Source: an uncultured Gammaproteobacteria bacterium (lineage in GTDB: Bacteria; Pseudomonadota; Gammaproteobacteria; UBA9214). Taken from it: 64,000 nt of DNA. A program made the position numbers and the translations under genes. Below, piece by piece: positions 19,787 through 30,207 of the stretch (positions are counted from its first letter, which is position 1; the number at the start of each line of letters is the position of its first letter). The stretch lies in NCBI GenBank assembly GCA_963827755.1, contig CAWHCQ010000011.1, forward strand, positions 96,001-160,000, in the 5' to 3' direction. The notes beneath the pieces are model-generated. The model worked only from the letters and a program-made list of their open reading frames with translations. It did no database searches and was not told the origin of the DNA.

Positions 19787-20746
19787 CTATGCGACAGCCC
19801 GCTTCTTTTTGTACATCAGGTCATCGGCGCTCTCCAGCAGTTCTTCAACTGACTGGTTTTGCGTGATGTCAACAGTCACGATGCCTTCGCTGAATGAAAT
19901 ATCATAGCCGCGTCCGGCCTGTTCGTTGTAGAGGTCCATGGACCGGCGGAACCTCTTGATGGTTTCATTTGCGAGTTCGTTCGATGTATTGGTTAGCAAG
20001 GCCACGAACTCATCGCCACCCAGTCGGGCATATACATCTGAATCCCTGAACGTGCTTTGCATATGCTCTGCAAAGGTGACCAGTGCGTGGTCGCCCTCGG
20101 CGTGACCGAAGGTGTCATTGATGGGTTTGAACCCGTTCAGATCGAAGAACACCAGGGATGCCGGAATTGCCTGCCGAATACACAGGTCCACGCTCTTTTG
20201 TGCAAGCGTTATGAAGCCCCTTCTGTTCGATATTCTGGTTAGTTCATCCAGTGTTGCCAGTTGAATGGCCGCAAGTTCGCGTTCTGCCATTTCTGCAAGG
20301 TCCTGCAAGGCATCAATGTCATCTTCGCCAAGTGTTCTTGGTGCATCATCGATAATGCACAGGGTTCCCAGCTTGCTGCCATCCTGGTGTCTCAGCGGGC
20401 AGCCGGCATAAAAACTGATACTGGGTGCATTCACAACCAGCGGGTTGTCTGCAAAACGCGGGTCAGTGCTGGTGTCGTTGACAATAAAGGGTTCGTTGCC
20501 GAGGATCGCATGTCCACAGAAGGAAATGTCCCTCGGTGTCTCGCTGGCATCGAGGCCCGCCCTGGACTTGAACCACTGGCGGTTTTCATCGACAAGACTG
20601 ACAAGCGCTATGGGTACATCGAACATCCGTTTTGCCAGTCGTGTCAGGCGGTCAAAACGCTCTTCCGCCGGCGTGTCGAGGATATCCAGGGAACGCAGTG
20701 CCTTGAGACGGCCGACTTCATCTTCCGGTAAGTCTGGTTTCTTCAT
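19787..20746 (-). CDS. GAF-GGDEF diguanylate cyclase
   Basis: GAF (RQWFKS, SFCGHAIL, DPRFADNPLV, GTLCIID), intact GGDEF and RDSD I-site. Confidence 0.93.
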   Translation of the reverse strand: MKKPDLPEDEVGRLKALRSLDILDTPAEERFDRLTRLAKRMFDVPIALVSLVDENRQWFKSRAGLDASETPRDISFCGHAILGNEPFIVNDTSTDPRFADNPLVVNAPSISFYAGCPLRHQDGSKLGTLCIIDDAPRTLGEDDIDALQDLAEMAERELAAIQLATLDELTRISNRRGFITLAQKSVDLCIRQAIPASLVFFDLNGFKPINDTFGHAEGDHALVTFAEHMQSTFRDSDVYARLGGDEFVALLTNTSNELANETIKRFRRSMDLYNEQAGRGYDISFSEGIVTVDITQNQSVEELLESADDLMYKKKRAVA

Positions 20747-21107
20747 GTGCTTTGCCTGCTGTTATGTCAATGGCCCTGTGGCGGGAATGCTGATGCCTGT
20801 ATCGGCCAGGGCCGGGGCAGCTTGAACAACCGTTGCCTGCACTGAAAAACCCCGTAATCAGCTGGTATTGCCAGCCAGAACAGTGCCTTGAGAGGGCGAT
20901 CGGGTGGGCAGGATACGGGCGCGTCCGGCGCGGGGCCGCGTGAAGACTGCCGGGTTGGCGCTAAATAGTGCATGAAACACCGGGCCCGGGCCGCTACACT
21001 ACGCGGCCCTCGGGATTTTACTGCGGTTTCATCGTGGACAGGGGCAAACAGGATACCCCGGCTAATCCTTGGCGTTCCCCGCATTTCATTACTACCAGGC
21101 ACTGCAC

Positions 21108-23006
21108 ATGACTACCGATACAGTAACGGCGTTCAGCCAACTGGCGTTGAATAAGGCCATTCTCAAGGTGCTGGATGAGGTGGGCTATGAAACGCCCTCA
21201 CCCATCCAGGCAGAAACGATTCCGCTGTTGCTGCAAGGCCGGGATGTCCTCGGCCAGGCACAGACCGGAACCGGCAAGACGGCGGCTTTTGCCCTGCCGA
21301 TTTTATCCAGCCTCGATTTAAAACAGAAAGATCCGCAGGTGCTGGTGCTGACACCAACCCGTGAGCTGGCCATCCAGGTAGCCGAGGCCTTCCAGAAATA
21401 CGCCAGGCACATGAAGGGCTTTCACGTATTGCCGGTTTACGGCGGCCAGGATTACCGCGGCCAGATCCATGCGCTGAAACGCGGTGTCCACGTGGTGGTC
21501 GGCACGCCCGGTCGTGTCATGGATCATATGCGTCGTGGCACCCTGAAACTGGACAGGCTCGGCATGCTGGTGCTGGATGAAGCCGATGAAATGCTGCGCA
21601 TGGGATTTATCGATGACGTGGAATGGGTGCTTGAGCAGACCCCGTCCGACAGGCAGATCGCGCTGTTTTCCGCCACCATACCGCAACAGATTCGTCGTAT
21701 AGCCGAGCGGCACCTCAATAACCCGGCTCAAATAACCATCAAGATGAAAACCACCACGGCGGAAACCATACGCCAGCGCTACTGGCCGGTGAGCGGTGTG
21801 CACAAGCTCGACGCCCTGACCCGGATCCTCGAGGCCGAACACTTTGATGCGATGCTTGTGTTTGTGCGCACAAAGACCTCAACAATAGAGCTGGCAGAAA
21901 AACTGGAAGCGCGTGGTTATGCCTCGGCAGCACTGAATGGCGACATTCCGCAAAGCCAGCGTGAACGTACCGTTGAGCAGTTAAAAAATGGCAAGGTGGA
22001 TATCCTCGTTGCCACGGATGTGGCCGCGCGCGGGCTCGATGTGGCACGCATCAGCCACGTTATCAATTACGATATTCCCTATGATGCGGAAGCCTACGTG
22101 CATCGTATTGGCCGTACCGGGCGTGCAGGAAAGAAAGGTGATGCCATTCTGTTCGTCGCACCCCGCGAAAAGCGCCTGCTCAGTACGATCGAGAAGGTCA
22201 CCCGGCAGAAGATTGACAGGATGGAGCTGCCGTCTACCGAGGTGGTCAATGACAAGCGTATCGCCAATTTCAAACAGCGAATTACCGATATGCTGGCGGA
22301 AGAGGATACCGGGATATTTACTCAGCTGATCGAGCAATACCAGCTGGAGCATAATGTGCCCGGGATCGAGATCGCTGCCGCGCTTGCCCGCCTGCTGCAG
22401 GGTGATACGCCTTTCCTGCTGCAACACAAGCCACAACATAAGTCACAGCACAAGGCAGATACACGCCGGGACAGCGGCGACAAACCCCCGCGAAAGAAAC
22501 CGGCACACAGGAAAGGTGAGCGACCGGCAGGGAACACATCACTGCCTGAAGCGGGTATGCAGCGATATCGCATAGAGGTGGGGAATAGCGACAGGATCAA
22601 GCCGGGCAATATCGTCGGTGCGATTGCCAACGAAGCCGGGCTCGATAACCGGCAAATCGGGCGCATCGATATCCGTGATGACTACAGCCTGATAGATTTA
22701 CCTGCCGGCATGCCCGGGGATGTCTTCAGGGATCTGCAGAAAATCCGCGTTTGCGGCAAGCAGTTACATATTTCCCTGGCGGTAAAAGAGGGCAGACCCG
22801 GTCAGAGAACAGTTGCATCGGGAGAAAGGAAGTTCGGCAAGCCTGCCGATGCCGCGAGAAAAAGAAAGCCGGGCAAGCCAGCCTCTGCCGCAAAAGACAA
22901 AAAGCCGGTAAGGCCGGCCAGGCGGGCCGGGGTCAAGGCAAAACCGCACGCTAAAAGCGCGGCGGGAGCCGGGAAGTCCACTCGCAAGAAGCAGCGTAAA
23001 AAGTAA
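21108..23006 (+). CDS. deaD: DEAD-box RNA helicase DeaD/CsdA
   Basis: Q motif, AQTGTGKT, PTRELA, DEAD, SAT, HRIGRTGR, DbpA-type domain (PGNIVGAIANE) and basic tail. Confidence 0.93.
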   Translation: MTTDTVTAFSQLALNKAILKVLDEVGYETPSPIQAETIPLLLQGRDVLGQAQTGTGKTAAFALPILSSLDLKQKDPQVLVLTPTRELAIQVAEAFQKYARHMKGFHVLPVYGGQDYRGQIHALKRGVHVVVGTPGRVMDHMRRGTLKLDRLGMLVLDEADEMLRMGFIDDVEWVLEQTPSDRQIALFSATIPQQIRRIAERHLNNPAQITIKMKTTTAETIRQRYWPVSGVHKLDALTRILEAEHFDAMLVFVRTKTSTIELAEKLEARGYASAALNGDIPQSQRERTVEQLKNGKVDILVATDVAARGLDVARISHVINYDIPYDAEAYVHRIGRTGRAGKKGDAILFVAPREKRLLSTIEKVTRQKIDRMELPSTEVVNDKRIANFKQRITDMLAEEDTGIFTQLIEQYQLEHNVPGIEIAAALARLLQGDTPFLLQHKPQHKSQHKADTRRDSGDKPPRKKPAHRKGERPAGNTSLPEAGMQRYRIEVGNSDRIKPGNIVGAIANEAGLDNRQIGRIDIRDDYSLIDLPAGMPGDVFRDLQKIRVCGKQLHISLAVKEGRPGQRTVASGERKFGKPADAARKRKPGKPASAAKDKKPVRPARRAGVKAKPHAKSAAGAGKSTRKKQRKK

Positions 23007-23082
23007 ACCTGATCAAGGATTGCACGCAGGACGGCGGCAGCGGCGAACGCTGGCAAGGCGTGCAACCGGGGGCCGGATCGCT

Positions 23083-23913
23083 TCAAGAAGCAGGCCGGGG
23101 CTTTTGCGGTCTGTATAGTATCAGGGCAAGATCATCCGGCTTGTGCGGTATGTCTTCGACCGGCTGCAGCATGCGCGAGGTACAGATTCCGACCAGTTTC
23201 TCCGCGGCTTCCAGCAGCGGCCCGCTGCGGATCACTTCGACAATTTCTTCAATCTGCATGTTGTCAAACAGCCCGTCGCTGCCTATGAGCAGGGTGTCAC
23301 GGGGCGCCAGCTTTATTCGCGGTCCGATTTCCAGACGCATCGCTTCGCTGCCGACCATGTTTGAAATCAGGTGACGGTCTTCATGGAAGAGGGCGTCTTC
23401 CTCTTCAATGACACCGGCTTCCACGGCATAGCCAACCGGTGAATGGGGGATGGTTTGATACTTGATCTTGCCGCGCTGGCCGACAAGCAATATCGCAGAA
23501 TCGCCGACGTGATAGGTGCGTACGCGATGGTCAACCAGTTCTACGGCAGCAATCGTCGTCCCCGAGCCGCTGGTTTTTTCCAGTACCTTGCGATTGGCCT
23601 GTTCGATGCCGTCAAGTATGGATCCGCGCAGTTCCAGTTTTTCATCACAGGCATTGCCTACGGATTTTTCAAGTTGTCGAACGGTAATGGCGGAGGCCTG
23701 GTCACCCGAGGGAAGCCCGCCCATTCCGTCAGCAACGGCAAATACCGCGCTGCCATCATCGCAGTCCAGCAGTGCAAGCGAGTCTTCATTGTCCGATGGT
23801 TTTTCCGGGGCGCGCCGGGTAAACGCGCAAACGCTGCCGGCGGCCATGTCGAATGGCCGGACCCCGGCAAAGTCGGCAGCCATAAACAACTGCGAGTCCG
23901 GTTTTATTCCCAC
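23083..23913 (-). CDS. PP2C/PPM-family Ser/Thr phosphatase
   Basis: NEDS, VADGMGG, HVGDS, GSDGL and DD motifs. Start is either GTG 23913 (overlapping the kinase stop) or ATG 23883. Confidence 0.88.
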   Translation of the reverse strand: MGIKPDSQLFMAADFAGVRPFDMAAGSVCAFTRRAPEKPSDNEDSLALLDCDDGSAVFAVADGMGGLPSGDQASAITVRQLEKSVGNACDEKLELRGSILDGIEQANRKVLEKTSGSGTTIAAVELVDHRVRTYHVGDSAILLVGQRGKIKYQTIPHSPVGYAVEAGVIEEEDALFHEDRHLISNMVGSEAMRLEIGPRIKLAPRDTLLIGSDGLFDNMQIEEIVEVIRSGPLLEAAEKLVGICTSRMLQPVEDIPHKPDDLALILYRPQKPRPAS

Positions 23914-24647
23914 GACAGCATTTCCAGGTATTCGCGCAGCTGGCCTGCCGTGCGGAATTTTTTCAGTATCAATGTGCGCTTCAGACCGCAGCACAGGTCA
24001 CGAATGACTTTTGGCTGCTGTGCGTAGTACTTCCTGCCACCGATCGATTCATGGAGGATCTTGATCAGGTCGACAACATCGTCATGAATGTTTTCAGGTC
24101 TGGGTGCGCCCCAGTGATAGAAGTCGAGGAGCTTCAGATCGAAGCCAAGCCCGTAGCGCTGGATAATGATGTTTTCGGGATGCAGGTCGCCGTGGTATTC
24201 CTTCATGGTGTGGATGTGTTCAATACCCGTGGCAAGTGCATGCAAAAGGTGCAGCGCCTGGAAGGGCGCCAGGCGTTTGCCGGGTTGACGTTTGAGAAAG
24301 TCGGAAAGGAGTTCGCCTTCAACAAACTCGGAGACCAGCAGCGTTATGGGTAAATTGCGATAGCTTATCTTTTCGCTGGTGTGGTACTGGATAACCATCG
24401 GGCAGTGTCGAAGCTTGTGCAATTTTCGCGCATAGAAACCTGCCGTGCGATCTTTCAGGTTGCGGTGCGGGTAAAACAGCTTGACTGCCCGTTCAATATC
24501 GGTCGGCAGTTCGTTGATCAGGAATACCTCGCCTTCCCAGCCGGTACCGAGCCGGTCGATGATTTCATATTTACGTGCCAGTACCTGTCCGGGTTTGAAA
24601 TCAAAATGTTTGATGACAGGCAGGGCTGCTTTTGACTGTTTGGGCAT
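23904..24647 (-). CDS. Short cytoplasmic Hanks-type Ser/Thr protein kinase
   Basis: LGTGWEGEV, AVKLF, HGDLHPENII and LLDF motifs. Confidence 0.82.
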   Translation of the reverse strand: MPKQSKAALPVIKHFDFKPGQVLARKYEIIDRLGTGWEGEVFLINELPTDIERAVKLFYPHRNLKDRTAGFYARKLHKLRHCPMVIQYHTSEKISYRNLPITLLVSEFVEGELLSDFLKRQPGKRLAPFQALHLLHALATGIEHIHTMKEYHGDLHPENIIIQRYGLGFDLKLLDFYHWGAPRPENIHDDVVDLIKILHESIGGRKYYAQQPKVIRDLCCGLKRTLILKKFRTAGQLREYLEMLSWE

Positions 24648-24764
24648 GTGCGTACTGTTCTTCTGATCGGGTTACAGTTCGGGGTGCAGTATAGTTAATG
24701 GCCGGGTGGTACGGCAGACTGATTCACTGCCCCGTCATTCTGCAAAGCTCAGCCTGTGCCGTAA

Positions 24765-25499
24765 TTACTGCACAGTCGCTGAAGCAGTCGTATAGCTCTC
24801 CAGGTCACTCTGGTAGATGGCGTCGTCTTTTTCGCGTTGCCAGATACGCACCGGCAGGAAGTTCAGTTGCGGAGCGCACCAGATGTAGGTTTCACGAGAT
24901 TTATTGTTGCGCAGCTTGGTGATCTTGACGGTCTCGAAACGCCCGGCGGGGAGTTCCAGGGTCTCATGCCCAACCGCTTTGAAACGGTATTCCTTGAGTT
25001 TTCCGCCATCGGCGATATTGAAGGTGATGTCGGTCTCGCCCCTGCCAAGCGCGAGCATCATGCCGAGCTGTGAAGCCAGCTTGTCGAGGGTGCCGCCGGG
25101 GATATCCATTTTCCAGCGGCTGTCATCCACATTGTTTGCGACGATCATGGCATCCCAGTCAAATGCGAGGCTGGCCTCGCGTTCTGTTTTACCGCCGCTG
25201 CGGCTGTAGTGATAGTTCAACGGGCGCAGTCCGTTTTCATCCAGGCGGCCCTCGCTGGTTTCATGGAGTATGTCTTTCAGGAACCACGCCACCCAGCTTG
25301 TTGGCCAGCTGCGCGATTCATAGCGGTAGCCGTTGTTTTCCCTGTTCACCAGGGAGATGGTTGATGTGCCGATGCGCAGGTTGCCGCGTTTCAACTGGTA
25401 GCTGGCCTCGAAATCTGCCAGCGGCGCCGCCTGCAGCATGCACGACATCAGTACGGCTGCCAGCAGCAGTAATGATTTTCCCGGCGCACCGCTCAACAT
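24765..25499 (-). CDS. DUF3108 family exported protein
   Basis: Signal peptide, L.P..Y.Y, PAG.FET.K and WCAP.L.FLPVRI; downstream of purN. Confidence 0.8.
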   Translation of the reverse strand: MLSGAPGKSLLLLAAVLMSCMLQAAPLADFEASYQLKRGNLRIGTSTISLVNRENNGYRYESRSWPTSWVAWFLKDILHETSEGRLDENGLRPLNYHYSRSGGKTEREASLAFDWDAMIVANNVDDSRWKMDIPGGTLDKLASQLGMMLALGRGETDITFNIADGGKLKEYRFKAVGHETLELPAGRFETVKITKLRNNKSRETYIWCAPQLNFLPVRIWQREKDDAIYQSDLESYTTASATVQ

Positions 25500-26191
25500 G
25501 CTGCATCCGTCCCGGCGGGCAGCAGTGCCGGTTGGTCAAGCAGTTTCCCATCCATGCGGATATGACCGTTTTCATCCAGAATGATTCGTTTTTCCGCGAA
25601 CCAGCGGATGGCCTGCGGATAGAGACGATGTTCCTCCCGCAGTACCCGTGCCGCCAGGGTGGCGGCATCGTCGTCCTCGCGAACCGGGATGCGGACCTGC
25701 AGCAGCACCGGCCCGCCATCGATGTCTTCGGTGACAAAATGTACGCTTGCGCCATGTTCCCGTTTGCCTGCATCGATGGCGCGCTGGTGGGTATTGAGTC
25801 CTGGAAACTCCGGCAGCAGAGACGGGTGGATATTCAACAGCCGTCCACGGTAGTGCTGCACAAAACCGGGTGTAAGGATGCGCATGAACCCGGCCAGAAC
25901 GACCAGTCCGGGCCGGTAGCTGTCGATGCAGGCTTGCAGTGCCTGATCAAATGTCTCCCGGTCCGCGTAGTGCTTGTGATCGATGACCCTGGTTTCGAGA
26001 CCGGCCTGGCCGGCATGTTCCAGGCCGGCTGCATCGGGGCGGTTGCTGATCACGGCGCGTATCTCGATTGGCAATTCACCGCTGCCGGTCCTGTCGATGA
26101 TGGCCTGCAGGTTGCTGCCCCGGCCGGATATCAGGATCACAACCGGCAGGGGGGTGTACCTGTCCCTTCCCGTACCCCGGGTGCTGTTCAT
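25493..26191 (-). CDS. purN: Phosphoribosylglycinamide formyltransferase
   Basis: [26 protein letters not shown] and HFVT...DGGP. Confidence 0.97.
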   Translation of the reverse strand: MNSTRGTGRDRYTPLPVVILISGRGSNLQAIIDRTGSGELPIEIRAVISNRPDAAGLEHAGQAGLETRVIDHKHYADRETFDQALQACIDSYRPGLVVLAGFMRILTPGFVQHYRGRLLNIHPSLLPEFPGLNTHQRAIDAGKREHGASVHFVTEDIDGGPVLLQVRIPVREDDDAATLAARVLREEHRLYPQAIRWFAEKRIILDENGHIRMDGKLLDQPALLPAGTDAAC

Positions 26192-27258
26192 TCAGTGAGG
26201 ATGACGCCGGGTTTACCTTCTCCCTGGTCAACGTGGCCGATAACGCAGGCCGCTTCACCCTCTGCGCCCAGATGTTCCATCGCGGTCCGGGCATCATCGG
26301 CGGCGACCACGATGGCCATGCCGATGCCGCAGTTGAAGGTGCGGTACATTTCCCCTGCTGCAACATTACCGTTGCGCTGCAACCAGTCAAACACGGGGGG
26401 TTGTTGCCAGGTGCTGGTATTGATGACGGCATTGCAGCCATTCGGCAGTACCCGTGGCAGGTTTTCGGTCAGCCCGCCGCCAGTGATATGGGCGAGGGCG
26501 TGCACCTTGAGCGTGCTGAACAGGGAGAGCAGTGGTTTGACATAGATACGCGTGGGCGCAAGCAGCCACTCTGCCAGTGGCTTGCCATCGAGCGGGTCAT
26601 CCAGTTTGCTGCCGCTGTGTTCGAGAATCCTGCGGATCAGGGAATAGCCGTTGGAATGCGGGCCGGTTGATGCCAGTCCGATAATGACATCGCCTTGTGT
26701 GACAGCGCTGCCGTCGATGATGGCGGATTTCTCAACGATGCCTACAGAAAAGCCTGCCAGGTCATAATCGCCGCCGGCGTACATGCCCGGCATTTCCGCG
26801 GTCTCGCCGCCGACCAGGGCGGCACCCGCCAGTTCGCAGCCACGGGCGATGCCCTTGATGACATCGGTGGCCACATCGAGGTCGAGTTTGCCGGTGGCGT
26901 AATAGTCGAGAAAGAACAGGGGTTCGGCACCGGCGACCACGATGTCATTGACGCACATGGCGACCAGGTCAATACCGATGGTGTCATGCAGCCCGGCTTC
27001 CACGGCGAGCTTCAGCTTGGTGCCGACCCCGTCAGTGCCGGAAACCAGCACCGGTTGCCGGTAACGGTCCAGCGGCAACTCGAACAGTGCGCCGAACCCG
27101 CCAAGGCCGGCGAGTACGCCCGGACGCCGGGTCCTGGCAACGGCCGGTTTTATTCTCTCGATGAGCTGGTTACCGGCGTCGATATCAACACCGGAATCAC
27201 GATAGCTGAGGGATGCGGTGTTGCTCTTGATGTTGCCGGCTTTATCGTCTGCGCTCAC
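26188..27258 (-). CDS. purM: AIR synthetase
   Basis: [39 protein letters not shown] and TFNCG. Confidence 0.98.
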   Translation of the reverse strand: MSADDKAGNIKSNTASLSYRDSGVDIDAGNQLIERIKPAVARTRRPGVLAGLGGFGALFELPLDRYRQPVLVSGTDGVGTKLKLAVEAGLHDTIGIDLVAMCVNDIVVAGAEPLFFLDYYATGKLDLDVATDVIKGIARGCELAGAALVGGETAEMPGMYAGGDYDLAGFSVGIVEKSAIIDGSAVTQGDVIIGLASTGPHSNGYSLIRRILEHSGSKLDDPLDGKPLAEWLLAPTRIYVKPLLSLFSTLKVHALAHITGGGLTENLPRVLPNGCNAVINTSTWQQPPVFDWLQRNGNVAAGEMYRTFNCGIGMAIVVAADDARTAMEHLGAEGEAACVIGHVDQGEGKPGVILTE

Positions 27259-27397
27259 GCGGGGTTTCCATGGTTCAGGGCAGCGCTATGGTAGCGGTCG
27301 GTTGTGGGCGCTGCAAACCTGCGCCTGATATGGCCAAATTCTGCGGATACCCGTATGCTTTGAGACAAACAAACTCCCGGGGTTCTCTGGATAAGGT

Positions 27398-28453
27398 ATG
27401 GAAATCTATAAACAAAGCACAAAATTCCACGCCGTGGCGGTCTGCCTGCTGTGGCTGTATGCCTCACTGGCAGGGGCGGCCGTGTCAGCGCAGTTGTTTG
27501 AATCCGAGGTGATCGTGCCAAGCCAGGCGCCCGCCCTGCGGGCCGAGGCCATGAAGTCGGCGCTGGAAGAGGTGCTGGTGAGGGTGTCCGGAGAGGCGTC
27601 CGTGCTGCAGACGGAACCTGCACAGGCGCTGTTGCAAAAACCGTCGCGCCTGGTGCAGCAATATCGTTATTTTACCGTGCCCAACAGCCAGCCACCGATA
27701 CTGAAACTCTGGGTGCGTTTCGATGGCGAGGTCATACAGCAGGCCCTGCAGCAGCAGGGCGGGGCGTACCAGGCTGCGGAGCGCCCGGATACCCTGGTAT
27801 GGCTGGCCGTCGATGATCGCGGCGAGCGTTACCTGGTTGCGGCCGATGACCAGACCGATGTGCACAGGCAGATGGCGCTGCAGGCGAGGCAGCGTGGTTT
27901 GCCGATTCTGTTCCCGCTGATGGACCTTGAGGACCAGTCGCAGGCGCGCTTTACCGATATCCAGGACGGGTTCCTCGACAATGTTGTAAGGGCATCGGCG
28001 CGCTATAACCCGCAGGCGATCCTGGCTGGATACCTGCAGCACGACGCTTTTGCCGGCTGGTCTGCGCGCTGGTACCTGGATGTTGCCGGCAATCCGGCGT
28101 CATGGTCGGACAATCGCCAACAGCTTGCCGCGTTGTTGCAGCAGGGTGTCGATGATGCGGCTGATTACCTGGCTTCCCGGTTTGCGGGGATGGACAAAGG
28201 GGACAGCTACAACGCCGTGCGTATATCGGTGGGCGGGGTCAATTCGCTTGCTGCGTATGCACGCGTCAATCAATATCTCGCATCCTTGACCCCGGTCACA
28301 GCTTACCAGGTTGAACTGATAAACGGGTCAGAGGTGCAATACCTGCTGCGCCTGAACGGGGGTGTGCAGGACCTGGCGCACACGGTTTCAATCGGCACGG
28401 TGCTTGAACCTGTCGCAGACAACTTGCCCGGCTACTATCAATTACGCCAGTGA
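27398..28453 (+). CDS. DUF2066 domain exported protein
   Basis: AL..VLVRVSG, ERP..LVWLAV and RGLP..FPLMDLED; divergent from purM as is typical. Confidence 0.85.
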   Translation: MEIYKQSTKFHAVAVCLLWLYASLAGAAVSAQLFESEVIVPSQAPALRAEAMKSALEEVLVRVSGEASVLQTEPAQALLQKPSRLVQQYRYFTVPNSQPPILKLWVRFDGEVIQQALQQQGGAYQAAERPDTLVWLAVDDRGERYLVAADDQTDVHRQMALQARQRGLPILFPLMDLEDQSQARFTDIQDGFLDNVVRASARYNPQAILAGYLQHDAFAGWSARWYLDVAGNPASWSDNRQQLAALLQQGVDDAADYLASRFAGMDKGDSYNAVRISVGGVNSLAAYARVNQYLASLTPVTAYQVELINGSEVQYLLRLNGGVQDLAHTVSIGTVLEPVADNLPGYYQLRQ

Positions 28454-29004
28454 AGACTTCCGATATACCCAATATCATTACGGGCTTCCGGTTCCTGCTG
28501 GTCGCCCCGCTGGTATGGCTGTTGCTGAACCACCAGTACGGCGCCGCGCTCATCGTCTTTGCCATTGCCGGTTTTTCGGATGCACTGGACGGGTTTATTG
28601 CCCAACACTATGGCTGGAGCAGCCGACTGGGCGCGATGATGGACCCGCTTGCCGACAAGCTGCTGCTGGTTTGCAGTTTTATCACGCTGGGCTGGCTTGG
28701 CCTGATCCCGTTCTGGCTGGTCGCCCTGGTTATTTTTCGTGACCTGGTCATCGTCATCGGTGCGATGACCTATCACTGGTGCGTGGAGTATCTCGATACC
28801 GCTTATCCAACCCTGGTGAGCAAACTGAATACCTTTACCCAGATCATGCTGGTGCTGGCGGTGATGTTTTCCCTGTCGGTACAGCCGCTGCCTTCGCTAT
28901 GGATCGATGTGCTGCTCTACAGTGTCCTGGTAACCACGATCTGGAGCGGTATTGATTATGTCTGGATATGGGGGCGGCGCGCCTGGTCCAGGCGTGACGA
29001 CTGA
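28450..29004 (+). CDS. CDP-alcohol phosphatidyltransferase family protein
   Basis: IPN.IT..R and DALDG..A......S.LG..MDP.ADK signature. Confidence 0.9.
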   Translation: MKTSDIPNIITGFRFLLVAPLVWLLLNHQYGAALIVFAIAGFSDALDGFIAQHYGWSSRLGAMMDPLADKLLLVCSFITLGWLGLIPFWLVALVIFRDLVIVIGAMTYHWCVEYLDTAYPTLVSKLNTFTQIMLVLAVMFSLSVQPLPSLWIDVLLYSVLVTTIWSGIDYVWIWGRRAWSRRDD

Positions 29005-29023
29005 CTGCTGTTCCACCGCAAGC

Positions 29024-29722
29024 GTGAAGGAAAATCCGCAACTGCCGCTCGGATTGTCGCTGCGGGAAGGCGCCCGTTTCGAGAGTTATTTTCCGGGGCA
29101 GAACGGCGAGCCTTTCCGGAACCTGCAACTGGCCGCAGAAGGCAAGGGTGAAAGCCTGCTGTATATCGCTGCAGCAGGCGGGCTGGGCAAGACACACCTG
29201 TTGCAGGCGGCCTGTCATCACGCGAGTCGCTGCCAGCGCAGCGCCGCCTATTTACCGATGCAGCAGCTGCCTGAACTGACACCGGCCGTATTCGATGGAC
29301 TCGAGCAGATGGCGCTCGTCTGTCTCGATGATATCCACGCGGTTGCCGGTAATGCACCCTGGGAGCGGGCCCTGTTCGATCTGTTCAACCGGCTGCGCGA
29401 CAGCGGCAGCACCCTGCTGGTCTCGGCGGAAAAACGACCCGACCGTTGCGGGTTTGGCCTTGCCGACCTGGTGTCAAGACTTGGCTGGGGTGTGACCTAT
29501 GTCCTCAAGCCGCTCGATGACGCCGATGTGCAGCAGGCGCTGACCGGCCGCGCAGCGGCACGCGGCCTGGAGTTGCCGGAGGAGACGGCTCAATTCTTGC
29601 TGCGCCGTTTCCCGCGCGACCAGGCTTCCCTGTTTGCATTGTTCGATACCCTGGATGCCGCCTCGCTGGTGGAGCAGCGGCGCTTGACCATCCCGTTCGT
29701 CAAGTCGGTGCTTGATCGCTAG
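29024..29722 (+). CDS. hda: DnaA regulatory inactivator Hda
   Basis: QLPL beta-clamp motif, G.GKTHLLQA, CLDDI, LFDLFN, DL.SRL.WG and RRLTIPFVK. Confidence 0.95.
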   Translation: MKENPQLPLGLSLREGARFESYFPGQNGEPFRNLQLAAEGKGESLLYIAAAGGLGKTHLLQAACHHASRCQRSAAYLPMQQLPELTPAVFDGLEQMALVCLDDIHAVAGNAPWERALFDLFNRLRDSGSTLLVSAEKRPDRCGFGLADLVSRLGWGVTYVLKPLDDADVQQALTGRAAARGLELPEETAQFLLRRFPRDQASLFALFDTLDAASLVEQRRLTIPFVKSVLDR

Positions 29723-29767
29723 GTCTTGTGCGGTCGGCGGATGCTGATCTTCTTCTGTCTATCTCGT

Positions 29768-29871
29768 GCAGGAGCGAGCGCCATCCGCTCGCGAACATGC
29801 CGCGAACATGCCGCGAACATGCGCGAACTGGCAAATCCGCAAAACCTTCGCCAGCTGGCGCTGGCTCCTAC
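29768..29871. repeat. REP doublet (family B, GTAGGAGC) containing an internal 11-bp tandem repeat
   Basis: GCAGGAGCGAGCGCCATCCGCTCGCGAA, then about 3.6 copies of CGCGAACATGC (29790-29828), then TTCGCCAGCTGGCGCTGGCTCCTAC. Confidence 0.85.
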
Positions 29872-30207
29872 AATTTATTTGACTGCGATGCTCGGCTGCG
29901 CCTACGGGAGGTGTTCAAAACCGTTTTCCTGCTGTGACAAGCTGAATGCTGGTACCAAAGTAGGATGGACAGAAAATTGACACCATGACATTATCACCAC
30001 AGTCGGGTTTTTTCCCGTTTCGGAAGTTGCTATCAGGCGAATAGTATCCGGTATGTCCTGAACAGCAGTTTTTTTCTGCTATGTTCAGGTTGTCACGTTA
30101 AAACGGTATTTCCATGCCGGAATTGGCTAGATTCCAGTTAACTAATTGTTTTTATTGTTATTAATAATAGGTATGTGTCGAATTATATGAAATCGAGGTA
30201 AAAAATC

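Noticed and set aside
25070-26545. 491-aa plus-strand ORF and similar long antisense ORFs (32244-33239, 50216-51358, 55638-56543, 63031-63903)
   Set aside because: They are shadows of well-supported genes on the opposite strand in GC-rich DNA and carry no recognisable motifs.
29790-29828. Tandem repeat as a CRISPR array
   Set aside because: 11-bp head-to-tail units with no spacers.
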